Source: Caulobacteraceae bacterium | GTDB lineage: Bacteria > Pseudomonadota > Alphaproteobacteria > Caulobacterales > Caulobacteraceae | Assembly: GCA_035504785.1 (NCBI GenBank) | Contig: DATJRL010000023.1 | Span: 1 to 34,466 of the forward strand | DNA length: 34,466 nt | Reading direction: 5' to 3' | In this document: positions 1-9,289 of the stretch, piece after piece | How positions within the stretch are numbered: position 1 is the stretch's first letter | Layout of the letters: each line of letters starts with the position of its first letter | Position numbers and translations under genes: made by a program | The notes under the pieces: model-generated | What the model was told of the DNA's origin: nothing | Database searches by the model: none | The model's input: only the letters and a program-made list of their open reading frames with translations

Positions 1-7
1 ACTCTTT

Positions 8-35
8 GCGTTACTCCCAGACAGGATCGCGTCAA
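8..35 (-). promoter_or_regulatory. Possible sigma70-type promoter for a gene beyond the left edge
   Basis: Minus strand reads TTGACG (35-30), a 16-nt spacer, then TAACGC (13-8), in a lower-GC non-coding stretch. The downstream gene is outside the window. Confidence 0.25.
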
Positions 36-209
36 TGTCGCCGAGTCTCGCCGTGCGCCGGCATAATTAAGGCCGTCTCGCCGGCAGCGCCAGAACATCT
101 GCTTCCCCCCCGCGGCCAAAGCTGTCCAGAATGCTGGTTTCTTCGCCATTTCTTGCGTGAAGATTTCATGCCCCGACTGTCCGCCGCGGCCCCCACTGGC
201 GCGGAGGTT

Positions 210-2747
210 TCATCCGCGCGGTTCGAGCCGCACCGTCGCCTGCAACTCGATGTCGGCGGCCGAGCCGCCGATCAGCAGGTCGTAGGCGCCCGGCTCGACG
301 AGCCATTTCCGGGCGGCGGGGTCGTAATAGGAGAACGCGCGTTCGTCGAGGTCGATCTCGACGGTGCGCCGCTGCATCGGTGCGAGCTCGACTTTTGCAA
401 ATCCCTTCAACTCCTTGACCGGCCGGTCCACCGACGGCCCGCGCGGGCGGACGTAAAGCTGCGCAGTCTCCTTGCCGTTCCGTTCTCCGACGTTCTCGAG
501 GGCGAAGCGGACGCGCACGCCCTGTCCGATCCGGACCGTCTCCGGCGCATCCAGGTCGGAATAACGGAACTTCGTGTAGGTGAGGCCGAAGCCGAACGGG
601 AACAGCGGCGGCTCGATGCCGGCGTCGAAATGGCGATAGCCCACGCGCAGCCCTTCCCCGTAGCGGACGGCGGCGCCGCCCGGGTAAAATCGATGCGCGG
701 GCGAATCCTCGATCCGGACCGGAAACGTCACCGGCAAGCGGCCGGACGGTTCGGCCTCGCCGATCAGAATCCGCGCCACCGCGTCCGGCCCGGCTTCGCC
801 GCCTAACCACCCTTCAACGACGGCGGGCGCGTGGTCGATCCAAGGCAGCGCGTAGGGCGCGCCGTTGCTGAGCACCACCACCGTTCGCGGATTCGCGGCG
901 AGCACCGCTTCGACCAGCGCATTCTGATCGCCGGGCAGGTCCAGATTTTCGCGGTCGTAGCCCTCGCCCTCGGTGAGCGAGCCGGCGCCGACGACGACCA
1001 CGGCGGCATCGCACCGGCCGGCCAGTTCCGCCGCCTCCGCGACGGAGCCGCGGGGCTCGCGCACGCCCAGGCTGACATACTCCCAGTTCAACTCGGGCGA
1101 GGCGTCGCCCGACGCGATCTGATCGGCGCGCGAGGCCATGGCGCGGACATAGTCGATGCGCACCGGGTAACCGCGCCCAGCCGCCAGATCGAGCCCGACC
1201 GTCTTGCGAATCGCCGCGCCGCCGCCGACGTCGCCCCTGTCCGGCGCGCCGGCCGTGGCGTCGTCGATGAGCGGTTCCCCGTCCAGCCACATCCGCATCG
1301 CGCCCGGTCCCCGCAACGAGAACTCGTACCGACCGTCCTTCTCCGGCCAATACCAGCCGCTCCAGCGGAAGGCGTCGTACGAGGGCGGCTGGGAGGATCC
1401 CATGTTGTGGCTGACCAGCTTGCCCAGCCCTCGTTCCGGCCGGCTGGCGATCGGCGGGCCGGTGAAGGCGGCGTCCGCGAAGTACTCGCAGAGCACTCCG
1501 GCCTGGCCGCGTCCCTCGTCTGGGCTGAATTGGGCGGAGCGGGCGGACGGCGGCGCGACCTCGTTGTCGCCCCCGTCGGCGTGCAGCACCTCCACCCGGC
1601 CCGCCAGGCGTGCGGCGATCGCCGCCAGCAGGGAGGTGCGCCGATCCGTCCGCACCTGCGACGAGCCGCCGCCCTGGATGCGGCGCGCCGCCGCGTTCGG
1701 TCCGACAACCGCCAGCGTCTTCACGCTGGACGGGAGCAGCGGCAGCAGGTCGTGCTCGTTCTTCAGCAGCACCACCGACTCGACGGCGGCGCGCTCGGCG
1801 ATCTTGCGATGGCGCTCGGTGCGCAGTTCGCCCTTCGGCGGCGGGTCGCCGTCGAGCACGCCGGTGCGCAGGATCAACCGGCACATCCGCCGCGCCGCGT
1901 CGTCGATCTGGCGCTCGAACACCTCGCCCGCCTTCACCGCCGCCATCAGCTTCTCGCCGAACCAACGCGGCGGCCCCGGCATCTCGAGGTCGGTCCCGCC
2001 GTTGGCCGCCGCGGCGGTGGAGTGCACGGCGCCCCAGTCGGAAACCACGACGCCGTCGTACCCCCACTCCCCTTTCAGGATGTCGAGCATGAGCTTCTTG
2101 CTCTCGGTGGCGTAGACCCCCTCGAGCTTGTTGTAGGAGGCCATCACGGTCCATGGGTTGGCCGTCTTCACGACGTACTCGAACGCGGCCAGGTAGATCT
2201 CGCGCAAGGTCCGCTCGTCGGCCTCGACGCTGACCGTCATCCGGTTTTCTTCCTGATTGTTGGCGGCGTAATGCTTGAGGGAGGCGCCGACGCCCTCGCC
2301 CTGCAGACCTTCGACAAAGGCCGCGCCCAGCCGGCCCGCGAGGAAGGGATCTTCCGAATAGGTCTCGAAGTTGCGCCCCCATAGCGGCGTGCGCACGATG
2401 TTGATCGTGGGCGCCAGGACCACTCGGTTGTCCAAAGCCAGCGCCTCGCGGCCGATCGCCGCCGCGACCTCTCGGGCAAGCTCCGGGTTCCAAGTGGACG
2501 CCATCGCGACCCCGACGGGGAACACGGTCGCCGGCTCGCCTTCGTTCGAGCGCACGCCCGTCGGGCCGTCCGTGACCCGAATTCTCGGCACGCCCAGGCG
2601 CTCGACGCCCTCCAGGGTGAAGGACGCGGCCCCGGCCATCAGCGCCACCTTTTCCTCGAGCGTCAGCCGTGACAGAAGGTCGGCGGTCCTTGTCTCCAGC
2701 GGCTGGCTCTTGTCGAGAAAAGCCGTGCTCTTGGTGATCGTGGTCAT
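210..2747 (-). CDS. GH3 beta-glucosidase with PA14-like insertion and C-terminal Fn3-like domain; probably cytoplasmic
   Basis: Motifs TDGPTGVR, GRNFETYSEDP, KHY, VVSDW (nucleophile Asp), EGYDR, SGRLP.TFP, FPFGFGLTY and KELKGF. Start trimmed to ATG 2747 (MTTITKS), which has an AGGAG RBS at about 2756-2760. No signal peptide seen. Confidence 0.93.
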   Translation of the reverse strand: MTTITKSTAFLDKSQPLETRTADLLSRLTLEEKVALMAGAASFTLEGVERLGVPRIRVTDGPTGVRSNEGEPATVFPVGVAMASTWNPELAREVAAAIGREALALDNRVVLAPTINIVRTPLWGRNFETYSEDPFLAGRLGAAFVEGLQGEGVGASLKHYAANNQEENRMTVSVEADERTLREIYLAAFEYVVKTANPWTVMASYNKLEGVYATESKKLMLDILKGEWGYDGVVVSDWGAVHSTAAAANGGTDLEMPGPPRWFGEKLMAAVKAGEVFERQIDDAARRMCRLILRTGVLDGDPPPKGELRTERHRKIAERAAVESVVLLKNEHDLLPLLPSSVKTLAVVGPNAAARRIQGGGSSQVRTDRRTSLLAAIAARLAGRVEVLHADGGDNEVAPPSARSAQFSPDEGRGQAGVLCEYFADAAFTGPPIASRPERGLGKLVSHNMGSSQPPSYDAFRWSGWYWPEKDGRYEFSLRGPGAMRMWLDGEPLIDDATAGAPDRGDVGGGAAIRKTVGLDLAAGRGYPVRIDYVRAMASRADQIASGDASPELNWEYVSLGVREPRGSVAEAAELAGRCDAAVVVVGAGSLTEGEGYDRENLDLPGDQNALVEAVLAANPRTVVVLSNGAPYALPWIDHAPAVVEGWLGGEAGPDAVARILIGEAEPSGRLPVTFPVRIEDSPAHRFYPGGAAVRYGEGLRVGYRHFDAGIEPPLFPFGFGLTYTKFRYSDLDAPETVRIGQGVRVRFALENVGERNGKETAQLYVRPRGPSVDRPVKELKGFAKVELAPMQRRTVEIDLDERAFSYYDPAARKWLVEPGAYDLLIGGSAADIELQATVRLEPRG

Positions 2748-2831
2748 GCAGCGGACTCCTTCCCGCCGCCAATATCGCGTCAGTAAGATGGGGCAAAGGC
2801 CTGACGGCGCTCGCGCTGCGCGCGAGGTCGA

Positions 2832-2854
2832 TCGGTAATTCCCGGATTTACCGA
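2832..2854. promoter_or_regulatory. Near-perfect 23-bp palindrome, candidate transcription-factor operator
   Basis: TCGGTAATTCC-C-GGATTTACCGA (10 of 11 pairs match) between the divergent GH3 and TPR-sulfotransferase genes. Confidence 0.5.
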
Positions 2855-2940
2855 GCCGCGAAGCGATTCGTAGCTCCGGGGCTCCGGGACGATGGAGCAG
2901 TTCGGATTCCGGTCTGGATCCCAAGGGTGTGGTAGAACGG

Positions 2941-4431
2941 ATGAATCGCACGCTGAGCCGGCGCGAGCGGGCCCAGGCTTCCTACGAAGCCGGCAACGGC
3001 CACATCGCCAACGCCGCCTGGGAGCCGGCCAAGCAGGAACTCGAGCAGGCCGTCGCGCTCAATCCTCACCACGCGGAGGCGCATCTCGCGCTGGCGACGG
3101 TGTTCCGCAGCCTCGGCAACTGGCCGGACGCGGAGCGCTGCTCGCGCGCCGCATTGGAAGCCAATCCTCAGTTCGCCCGCGCCGCGCACTACCTGGGCGC
3201 TCTGCTGGTGGAGCAGGATCGGCTGTCGGAGGCCCTGCCCTTCCTGCAAGCCGCCGCCGACTGGCAGCCGGAGGTCGCCCAACACCACCGAGACCTCGGC
3301 GTCACCCAGCTGTTCCTTGGCGACATCGAGGGATCGAGGACGCGGCTGCTCAAGACCATCGAGCTCGATGTCCACACCCACGAGGTGCTCTACACCCTGA
3401 TCCGCATGTGGCGGATGGACGACGGCTCCGAGGGCGCCGCCCGCCTCCTGGACATCGTGCGCGAGCTCGAGGAGAAGGCCTCCGACCTGCCGGCCGCGGA
3501 GCGCGCCCAGGTGCTGTTCTCGCTCGGCAAGGCCCACGAAGATCGCGGAGAGCACGGCGAGGCGGCCAAGGCCTTCGCCCGCGCCAACAAGGTCAAACGC
3601 GACAGCCTCCAGTACGATGTCGGCGTCGCGGAGGCGCGGCTGCAACGCATCGCCGAGATCTTCGACTCCAAGCGCCTCAGCGCCCTCGACGGTGCTGGAG
3701 ACCCCTCGCGCCGCCCCATCTTCATCGTCGGCATGCCGCGCTCGGGCTCGACGCTCGTCGAGCAGATCCTCGCCGCCCACCCCGAGGTCCACGGCGGCGG
3801 CGAAACGTTCGTGCTTCCCTCGCTCCTTGACGCGTCGCGGGGCCGGGGCGGGACGCAGTTCCCGGAGTGGGCGGCCTCAATGAACCACATCGACTGTGCG
3901 ACGATCGGCAAAGCCTACCTGGATCGGCTCCCGCTGGGTCTGCCGCCACGCGCCCATACGACCGACAAGTGGCTGGAAAACTTCGAGAATATCGGGTTGA
4001 TCGCGGCTTGCCTGCCCCGCGCGAAGATCATTCACTGCCACCGCGACCCGCGCGACCAGCTGTTTTCGTGCTGGTCGCTGCTGTTCTCGCAGAACCAGGA
4101 GTACGCTTACGACGTTCGGGAACTGCTGCGCTACGCCCGCGCCTACCGCCGGCTGATGGCGCATTGGCGCTCCGTTCTGCCTTCCGGGCTGATGCTCGAA
4201 GTCCGCTACGAGTCGCTAGTGGCCGAGCCGGAGCCCCAGACCCGGCGCATCCTCGCCCACTGCGGCTTGGAGTGGGACGACCAGGTGCTGCGTTTCTGGG
4301 ATTCGCGGCGGCCGGTGAAGTCCGCCAGCATGTTCCAGGTGCGCGAGCCGATCTACGACCGCTCCATCGGGCGCTGGAAGCCGTTCGCCGAACACATCCC
4401 CGAGCTGCTCGGCGCGCCGCTTGGCGACTGA
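2941..4431 (+). CDS. TPR-repeat-containing sulfotransferase family protein
   Basis: N-terminal TPR-like helices (A..LNP.HAEAH..LA; ANPQFARAAHYLG). C-terminal PAPS-binding motifs PIFIVGMPRSGSTLVEQIL and IIHCHRDPRD, plus VRYESLV and SIGRWK. Alternative GTG start at 2929. Confidence 0.9.
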   Translation: MNRTLSRRERAQASYEAGNGHIANAAWEPAKQELEQAVALNPHHAEAHLALATVFRSLGNWPDAERCSRAALEANPQFARAAHYLGALLVEQDRLSEALPFLQAAADWQPEVAQHHRDLGVTQLFLGDIEGSRTRLLKTIELDVHTHEVLYTLIRMWRMDDGSEGAARLLDIVRELEEKASDLPAAERAQVLFSLGKAHEDRGEHGEAAKAFARANKVKRDSLQYDVGVAEARLQRIAEIFDSKRLSALDGAGDPSRRPIFIVGMPRSGSTLVEQILAAHPEVHGGGETFVLPSLLDASRGRGGTQFPEWAASMNHIDCATIGKAYLDRLPLGLPPRAHTTDKWLENFENIGLIAACLPRAKIIHCHRDPRDQLFSCWSLLFSQNQEYAYDVRELLRYARAYRRLMAHWRSVLPSGLMLEVRYESLVAEPEPQTRRILAHCGLEWDDQVLRFWDSRRPVKSASMFQVREPIYDRSIGRWKPFAEHIPELLGAPLGD

Positions 4432-4604
4432 CCCCGACGGCGCGCCGACAGACGCCGTCGAGGCGCAGCGACGGGTGTACGAGGTCGCGCAAGCCGGCGG
4501 CGACGGATCTCACCGGGACGACGTTCTCGTCGATCGGGCGGTGGGCGCCGGCGCGCAAATTTCGGGGGGCGACGGATGGTGTTAAACTCGCCGCCGAGGA
4601 GCCG

Positions 4605-5762
4605 ATGATGAGGGTTGCGTCGCCTTGCCACCGGCGGTGGCTCGTCGGTCTGCTGGCGGCGGGGGCTTGGCTCGCGCTGGCGCCGGCCGGCTCGGCGCAG
4701 GACGACGCCAACGACGCGCTCCGCACGGCCGAGCGTTCGGTGGTGCGGGTGGTGACGGTCTCGCTCGACGCCACCGGTCAGCCGATCGGCCTCGACACCG
4801 GCAGCGGGTTCGCCGTGGCCGCCGGCCAGGTGGTGACCAACGACCACGTGGTGCAGGGCTCGCCCCAAGCGGCCGAGGTCGACATCTTCGTGATACCCGA
4901 GGGCGACGTCGGCGGCGTGGCTCGGAGGGCGAGCGTGCGCCAGACATGGACCGACGCCGACCTGGCGCTGCTGTCCGCTCCGAATCTCACCTCGCCGCCG
5001 CTGCCCATCGCGCGCGTCGCACCGGGCAAGGACGCCACCGTGCGCGCCATCGGCTATCCGGGCGTCACCGACGCGGTGCGCAACCTGTCGCTGAAAGAAA
5101 TTCTCAGCCCACAGGAGCCCTATGTCACCGGCGGCTCGATCGCCCTCTTCTCCTCGATCGCCCCGGGCGGACGGCGGATCGATACGATCTTCCATACCGC
5201 GCCGATCAACCCCGGCAATTCCGGCGGGCCGTTGATCGACGAGTGCGGGCGCGTGGTCGGGGTCAACACCTGGGGCGCGGGCGCCCAGCTCAGCGAAGAC
5301 GGCCAAGTGACGGCGCCTCAGGGCCAGTTCGTCGCGACGCAGTCAACGGAACTCGCGCAGTTCCTCGGCGACGCCCAGGTCGCGGCCAAGCTGCTGGACG
5401 GGCCCTGCGTGCCCGCCGCCGCGCAAACGCTGGACGATCGCCTCAAGGCCGACGAGGCCGCCATCGCGCTCCAGACCGCCCTGGCGAACAAGATCCAGGG
5501 ACGCCTCACGGCCGACGACGCCAGCTTGGGACGCCTTGGCGCCTGGCTGTGGGCCGTTTCAGCAGCGCTCGTCGCCGCGGCCACGGCCCTGCTCGTGGTC
5601 GCGCTTCGGCGGCCGCGGCGGCGCGGCGACGGAGAACCGCCCGCGATGGCCGGCGCGATCGAGGCGCCGGGCCTTCCGGCGTCCCTCGACGAACCGACTC
5701 CGCTTCCCGGCCCGCCGCCGGCCTCCGAGCCCGCCCAGGTCGAGCCGAGCGAGGCTCATTGA
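4605..5762 (+). CDS. Trypsin-like (S1) serine protease with signal peptide and C-terminal membrane anchor, no PDZ domain
   Basis: GSGF; catalytic triad TNDH, DLALL and GNSGGP. Signal peptide ends about AGSA-QD. Hydrophobic segment WLWAVSAALVAAATALLVVAL is followed by RRPRRR. GAGGAG RBS before ATG 4605. Confidence 0.88.
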   Translation: MMRVASPCHRRWLVGLLAAGAWLALAPAGSAQDDANDALRTAERSVVRVVTVSLDATGQPIGLDTGSGFAVAAGQVVTNDHVVQGSPQAAEVDIFVIPEGDVGGVARRASVRQTWTDADLALLSAPNLTSPPLPIARVAPGKDATVRAIGYPGVTDAVRNLSLKEILSPQEPYVTGGSIALFSSIAPGGRRIDTIFHTAPINPGNSGGPLIDECGRVVGVNTWGAGAQLSEDGQVTAPQGQFVATQSTELAQFLGDAQVAAKLLDGPCVPAAAQTLDDRLKADEAAIALQTALANKIQGRLTADDASLGRLGAWLWAVSAALVAAATALLVVALRRPRRRGDGEPPAMAGAIEAPGLPASLDEPTPLPGPPPASEPAQVEPSEAH

Positions 5763-5766
5763 GGCT

Positions 5767-6300
5767 TCAACGCAGCAGGCCCGCGACGCCCAGCGCCGCC
5801 GCGGCCGCCAGGCACCAGATCGGGTTGATCCTGCTGAAATACGCGACGGCGGCGCTGACGCCGGTGACCAGCGCCAGGCGCCAGTTGGCGTCCGCCGCGC
5901 GGATCAGCACGAAGGCGCTCGAGAACACGAAGCCGACGGTGACCGGCGCCAGGCCCGATCCGACGGCGATCCGCCACTCCGTTTCGCGGTAGCGATCCCA
6001 GGCCTTGGCGACCCAGTAGGTGAGCAGACAGGACGGTCCGCACATCGCCAGCGTCGCCACCGCGGCGCCGGCCAGCCCCGCAACGCGCCAGCCAACCAGG
6101 GTGGTCACCAGAAAGTTCGGGCCGGGCGCGGCCTGGGCGATGGCGAAGAGCGCCGTGAAGTCCTGGTCGGTCATCCAGTGATTCACCACCACGGCTTGCC
6201 GCTGCACTTCGGGGATGACGGCGTTGACGCCGCCGAAGGCGACCAGCGAGAGGCCGCAGTACTGCAACGCGATGGCGAGAAGGCTATCGGATGTCTTCAT
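5767..6300 (-). CDS. chrA: Short-chain chromate ion transporter (CHR family), second subunit
   Basis: AFGG and AQAAPGPN CHR motifs with several TM helices. ATG 6300 overlaps the upstream stop (ATGA). Confidence 0.87.
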   Translation of the reverse strand: MKTSDSLLAIALQYCGLSLVAFGGVNAVIPEVQRQAVVVNHWMTDQDFTALFAIAQAAPGPNFLVTTLVGWRVAGLAGAAVATLAMCGPSCLLTYWVAKAWDRYRETEWRIAVGSGLAPVTVGFVFSSAFVLIRAADANWRLALVTGVSAAVAYFSRINPIWCLAAAAALGVAGLLR

Positions 6301-6845
6301 ATGCGCCGCTTCCACGACCAGGCCGCGGCGATGCTGACCGGGGCGAGGCCGAACAGCACGTACGGCAGCGGCCAGCGCAGGAGGGCCACGGCGCAGAAGG
6401 CCGCGAAGATGAACGGACCCGCGAGCCTCAGCCGGCTCCTCAACAGCGGCTCGGCCATGCGCGCCGCGGTGGCGCCGATCAAGCCGCAGGCGCAGGCGCC
6501 GACGCCCATCAGAGCGTCGCGCACCTCCGGCATGGTCCCGAACCGGCCGTAGAGCGCGCCGAGGGTGGTGACGACGATCACCGGCGGGCCGACCAGTCCG
6601 ACGCCCGCCGCCATGGATCCGCGCCACCCGGCCGCGCGGGCGCCGACCACGATCGACATGTTGACGATGTTCGGACCCGGCAGGCTCTGGCAGAGCGACA
6701 GTGTTTCGGTGAACTCCTCGGGCGTCAGCCAGGCGCGGCGGTCGACGAGGACGCGCCGCGCGAAGGGAAGCGTTCCGCCGAAGCCTGACAGCGCGATCGA
6801 AACGAAGGTGGTGAACAGCGCCCAAGGGGAGACGCTTGACCTCAC
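6297..6845 (-). CDS. chrA: Short-chain chromate ion transporter (CHR family), first subunit
   Basis: GFGG, WLTPEEF and CQSLPGPN motifs. Probable GTG start at 6845 overlaps the stop of the upstream gene (GTGA). Confidence 0.87.
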   Translation of the reverse strand: MRSSVSPWALFTTFVSIALSGFGGTLPFARRVLVDRRAWLTPEEFTETLSLCQSLPGPNIVNMSIVVGARAAGWRGSMAAGVGLVGPPVIVVTTLGALYGRFGTMPEVRDALMGVGACACGLIGATAARMAEPLLRSRLRLAGPFIFAAFCAVALLRWPLPYVLFGLAPVSIAAAWSWKRRI

Positions 6846-7213
6846 TTGCAGGGGTACTGCGCCGACAGGGCTTCCAACACGAGGTCCTGCGCCGCGAGCG
6901 GGCGCTTGTCGGCATGGCCCTCGAGGAATGCAACCACTGCTTCGACGAGTTGCGGCGAGCCGGCGGTGGGCGGAATGCACACGCGCCCGGCCCCGCCCGC
7001 GCCCTGCACGGCCTGCTGCGCGTCGCTCACGCCGAGCACGTAACCCGAGCATCGCGCCTGGCGGACGGCGAAGTCGGCGTCCGTCGGTTTCGCCGAGCAC
7101 TGCGCATAGAGCGACTCGCCGGTGAAGAACTCGAGGTCGGCGGCCGGCGCAGGCGCCGCGGCGAAACTGGAGACCGAAACGAGCGCCGCCAGAACCACCG
7201 AACGCCAGACCAT
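6842..7213 (-). CDS. Rap1a/Tai-family immunity-like periplasmic protein
   Basis: Signal peptide, then TG..LY..C ... C.GYVLGV.D ... CIP ... QL..AV..FL ... AL...YPC, the four-Cys pattern of Rap1a-like proteins. ATG 7213 with GGAG upstream. Confidence 0.8.
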   Translation of the reverse strand: MVWRSVVLAALVSVSSFAAAPAPAADLEFFTGESLYAQCSAKPTDADFAVRQARCSGYVLGVSDAQQAVQGAGGAGRVCIPPTAGSPQLVEAVVAFLEGHADKRPLAAQDLVLEALSAQYPCK

Positions 7214-7352
7214 GGCTGCCTCTCCGACGCCTCGGGACGCGCCGCGGCGACGCATCTCACCTGAACCTCCTATGCCGGCGCCGTCGGGGCGGTGGCAAGT
7301 GGCGCGGGAACCGATTAGAGAGCGCCGTATCGTTGCGCCGCGCCTGCCTGGA

Positions 7353-7404
7353 GCGCTAGAGGTTAGGGGCGCTAGAGGTTAGAAGCGCTAGAGGTTCGGG
7401 GCGC
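7353..7404 (+). repeat. 16-bp tandem repeat, about 3.25 copies
   Basis: GCGCTAGAGGTTAGGG / GCGCTAGAGGTTAGAA / GCGCTAGAGGTTCGGG / GCGC, with units starting at 7353, 7369 and 7385. Confidence 0.9.
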
Positions 7405-7418
7405 CGGAGGAGAGTCGC

Positions 7419-7544
7419 ATGGCTGCGCAAGGTTCGCGTTCGCTGGTCAACATCGTTTTCATCGTGCTGCTGGCGGCCGCGCTGGTGGGCGCCGGCGCCT
7501 TGACAGTCGATATGTTCCAGGCCGCCCTCAGCGGGCCGGGCTGA
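7419..7544 (+). CDS. 41-aa single-TM small protein (absent from the ORF track)
   Basis: MAAQGSRSLVNIVFIVLLAAALVGAGALTVDMFQAALSGPG. Strong GGAGGAG RBS just upstream, GC3-rich codons, and it fills the gap up to the convergent GH13 stop. Confidence 0.65.
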   Translation: MAAQGSRSLVNIVFIVLLAAALVGAGALTVDMFQAALSGPG

Positions 7545-7554
7545 TCGCAGACAC

Positions 7555-9129
7555 TCAGAGCCGAATCATCGCGCTGGCGTAGGGCGGCAGGTCGAGACCG
7601 CCGCCCGCGAGCGCCGCGCCGCCGGCCGACCAGAGCGCCTCGCCGCCGATCGCCTCGATCCGCGCCGCCTGGCCGCCCAACTCGAAGAAGCAGCCGACCC
7701 GCTCGCCGTCCAGGACCCGCTCGAAAGCGAGCACCGACTCGGGCGCCTCCCGTTGCACGGCCCCGCCGGTCTGCAGCGCCGGCGTTGCCTTGCGGACGGC
7801 CAGCAGGTCCCGCGTGAACGCCAGCATCGACGCCGGGTCCGCCCGCTGACGCGCGACCGAGAGCGGCAGATGCGCCGGATCCATCGGAAGCCAGGCGTCG
7901 GCGGCGGACGTGAATCCGCCCATCGGGGCCGCGTCCGTCCACGGCATCGGCGTGCGCGCGCCGTCGCGGCCCGCGCCGCCGTCGTAGGCGTTGATGGCGT
8001 AAGGGTCCCGCAGTCGCTCGAACGGCACATGGCCGTCCGGCAGGCCGAGTTCGTCGCCCTGGTAGAGGAAGATCGTCCCGCGCAGCGCCACCAGCGCCGC
8101 CATCAGCACGCGCGTGCGTCGTGGGTCGTCCTTGCCGATGCGGGTCGGGTATCGCGTGACGTCGTGATTGCTCAGCGACCAGGACGGCCAGCCCTTCGCC
8201 GTCGCCCACGATTCCAGCGCAGAGCGGAACAGCGCCGGCGTCGCCTCGCGGCCGCCGAGCAGATAGAAGCTGTACGCTGTGTGCAGGCGGCGCGGCGGCT
8301 CGGTGTACTCCTGCTGGCGCGGCAGCGGCGGATCGTCGCCGATCTCCCCCACCGTCATCTTCCCGCCGTAGCTGTCCAGCAGCGCCCTCAGGCGACCGAT
8401 GAAAGCCAGCGTCTCCGGCTGCGAGCGGTCCATCACATGCCGCTGCATGTCCGTCGCCATCAGCGGCGTGCGCTGGCGGCGGGCGGGCGGATTGTCGCGC
8501 AACAGCTTGTCGTGGACGAGGTAGTTGATCACGTCGAGGCGGAAGCCGTCGACGCCGCGGTCCAGCCAGAACTTCGCGACGTCGAGGATCGCCTCCTGAA
8601 CCTCCGGGCTCCAGTAGTTGAGGTCCGGCTGCTCGGCGAGGAAGTTGTGCAGGTAGTATTGCCGGCGCCGGGCGCTCCAGGTCCAGGCCGGGCCGCCGAA
8701 CGAGGCCAGCCAGTTGTTGGGCGGCGTGCCGTCCTCGCGCGGATCGGCCCAGACGTACCAGTCGCGCTTGGCGTTGTCGCGCGAGGCGCTGCTCTCGAGG
8801 AACCAGGCGTGCTTGTCGGAAGTGTGCGACCAAACCTGGTCGATGATCACCTTCAGACCGCGACCGTGGGCCTCCGCCAGCAGCGCGTCGAAGTCGGCCA
8901 GCGTCCCGAACATCGGGTCGACGTCGCGGTAGTTGCTGACGTCGTAGCCGAAGTCCTTCATCGGCGAAGTGAAGAAGGGCGAGAGCCAGATGCCGTCGAC
9001 GCCGATCGAGGCGATGTAGTCGAGGCCCCGGCGCACGCCGGCCAGGTCGCCGACGCCGTCGCCATCGGTGTCGAGGAAACTGCGCGGATAGATCTGATAG
9101 ATCACCGCCCCGCGCCACCACTCGGCCAT
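7555..9129 (-). CDS. GH13 alpha-glucosidase (oligo-1,6-glucosidase-like)
   Basis: WW...VIYQIYPRSF.D.DGDGVGD, DFGYDVS, QPDLN, GFRLD (nucleophile), VGEIG (acid/base), SNHD, YQGDELG and RDGARTPMPW. GGAGG RBS before ATG 9129. Confidence 0.93.
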   Translation of the reverse strand: MAEWWRGAVIYQIYPRSFLDTDGDGVGDLAGVRRGLDYIASIGVDGIWLSPFFTSPMKDFGYDVSNYRDVDPMFGTLADFDALLAEAHGRGLKVIIDQVWSHTSDKHAWFLESSASRDNAKRDWYVWADPREDGTPPNNWLASFGGPAWTWSARRRQYYLHNFLAEQPDLNYWSPEVQEAILDVAKFWLDRGVDGFRLDVINYLVHDKLLRDNPPARRQRTPLMATDMQRHVMDRSQPETLAFIGRLRALLDSYGGKMTVGEIGDDPPLPRQQEYTEPPRRLHTAYSFYLLGGREATPALFRSALESWATAKGWPSWSLSNHDVTRYPTRIGKDDPRRTRVLMAALVALRGTIFLYQGDELGLPDGHVPFERLRDPYAINAYDGGAGRDGARTPMPWTDAAPMGGFTSAADAWLPMDPAHLPLSVARQRADPASMLAFTRDLLAVRKATPALQTGGAVQREAPESVLAFERVLDGERVGCFFELGGQAARIEAIGGEALWSAGGAALAGGGLDLPPYASAMIRL

Positions 9130-9289
9130 GCCGACCTCCCTCGCCGGCATCGGGGCCGGCCGGTTGGGACTACCCTCCGCCGTGCGCCGGGGGAAGGCGC
9201 CGGACGTGGAAGTTCGGCCTAAGCGCGCGGGGCCGGCCCCGCGTTACGCGGAGCCAGCCCTTCGTACTTACGCGAGGTCGTCCAACGAC

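Noticed and set aside
2941-5762. TPR protein plus trypsin-like protease as an anti-phage system
   Set aside because: No NTPase, nuclease, TIR/SIR2 or other effector domain is visible; the protease is exported, and there is no defence-island or mobile context.
7353-7404. Repeat considered as a mini-CRISPR or iteron array
   Set aside because: Units are directly adjacent with no unique spacers, and there are no cas or rep genes nearby.
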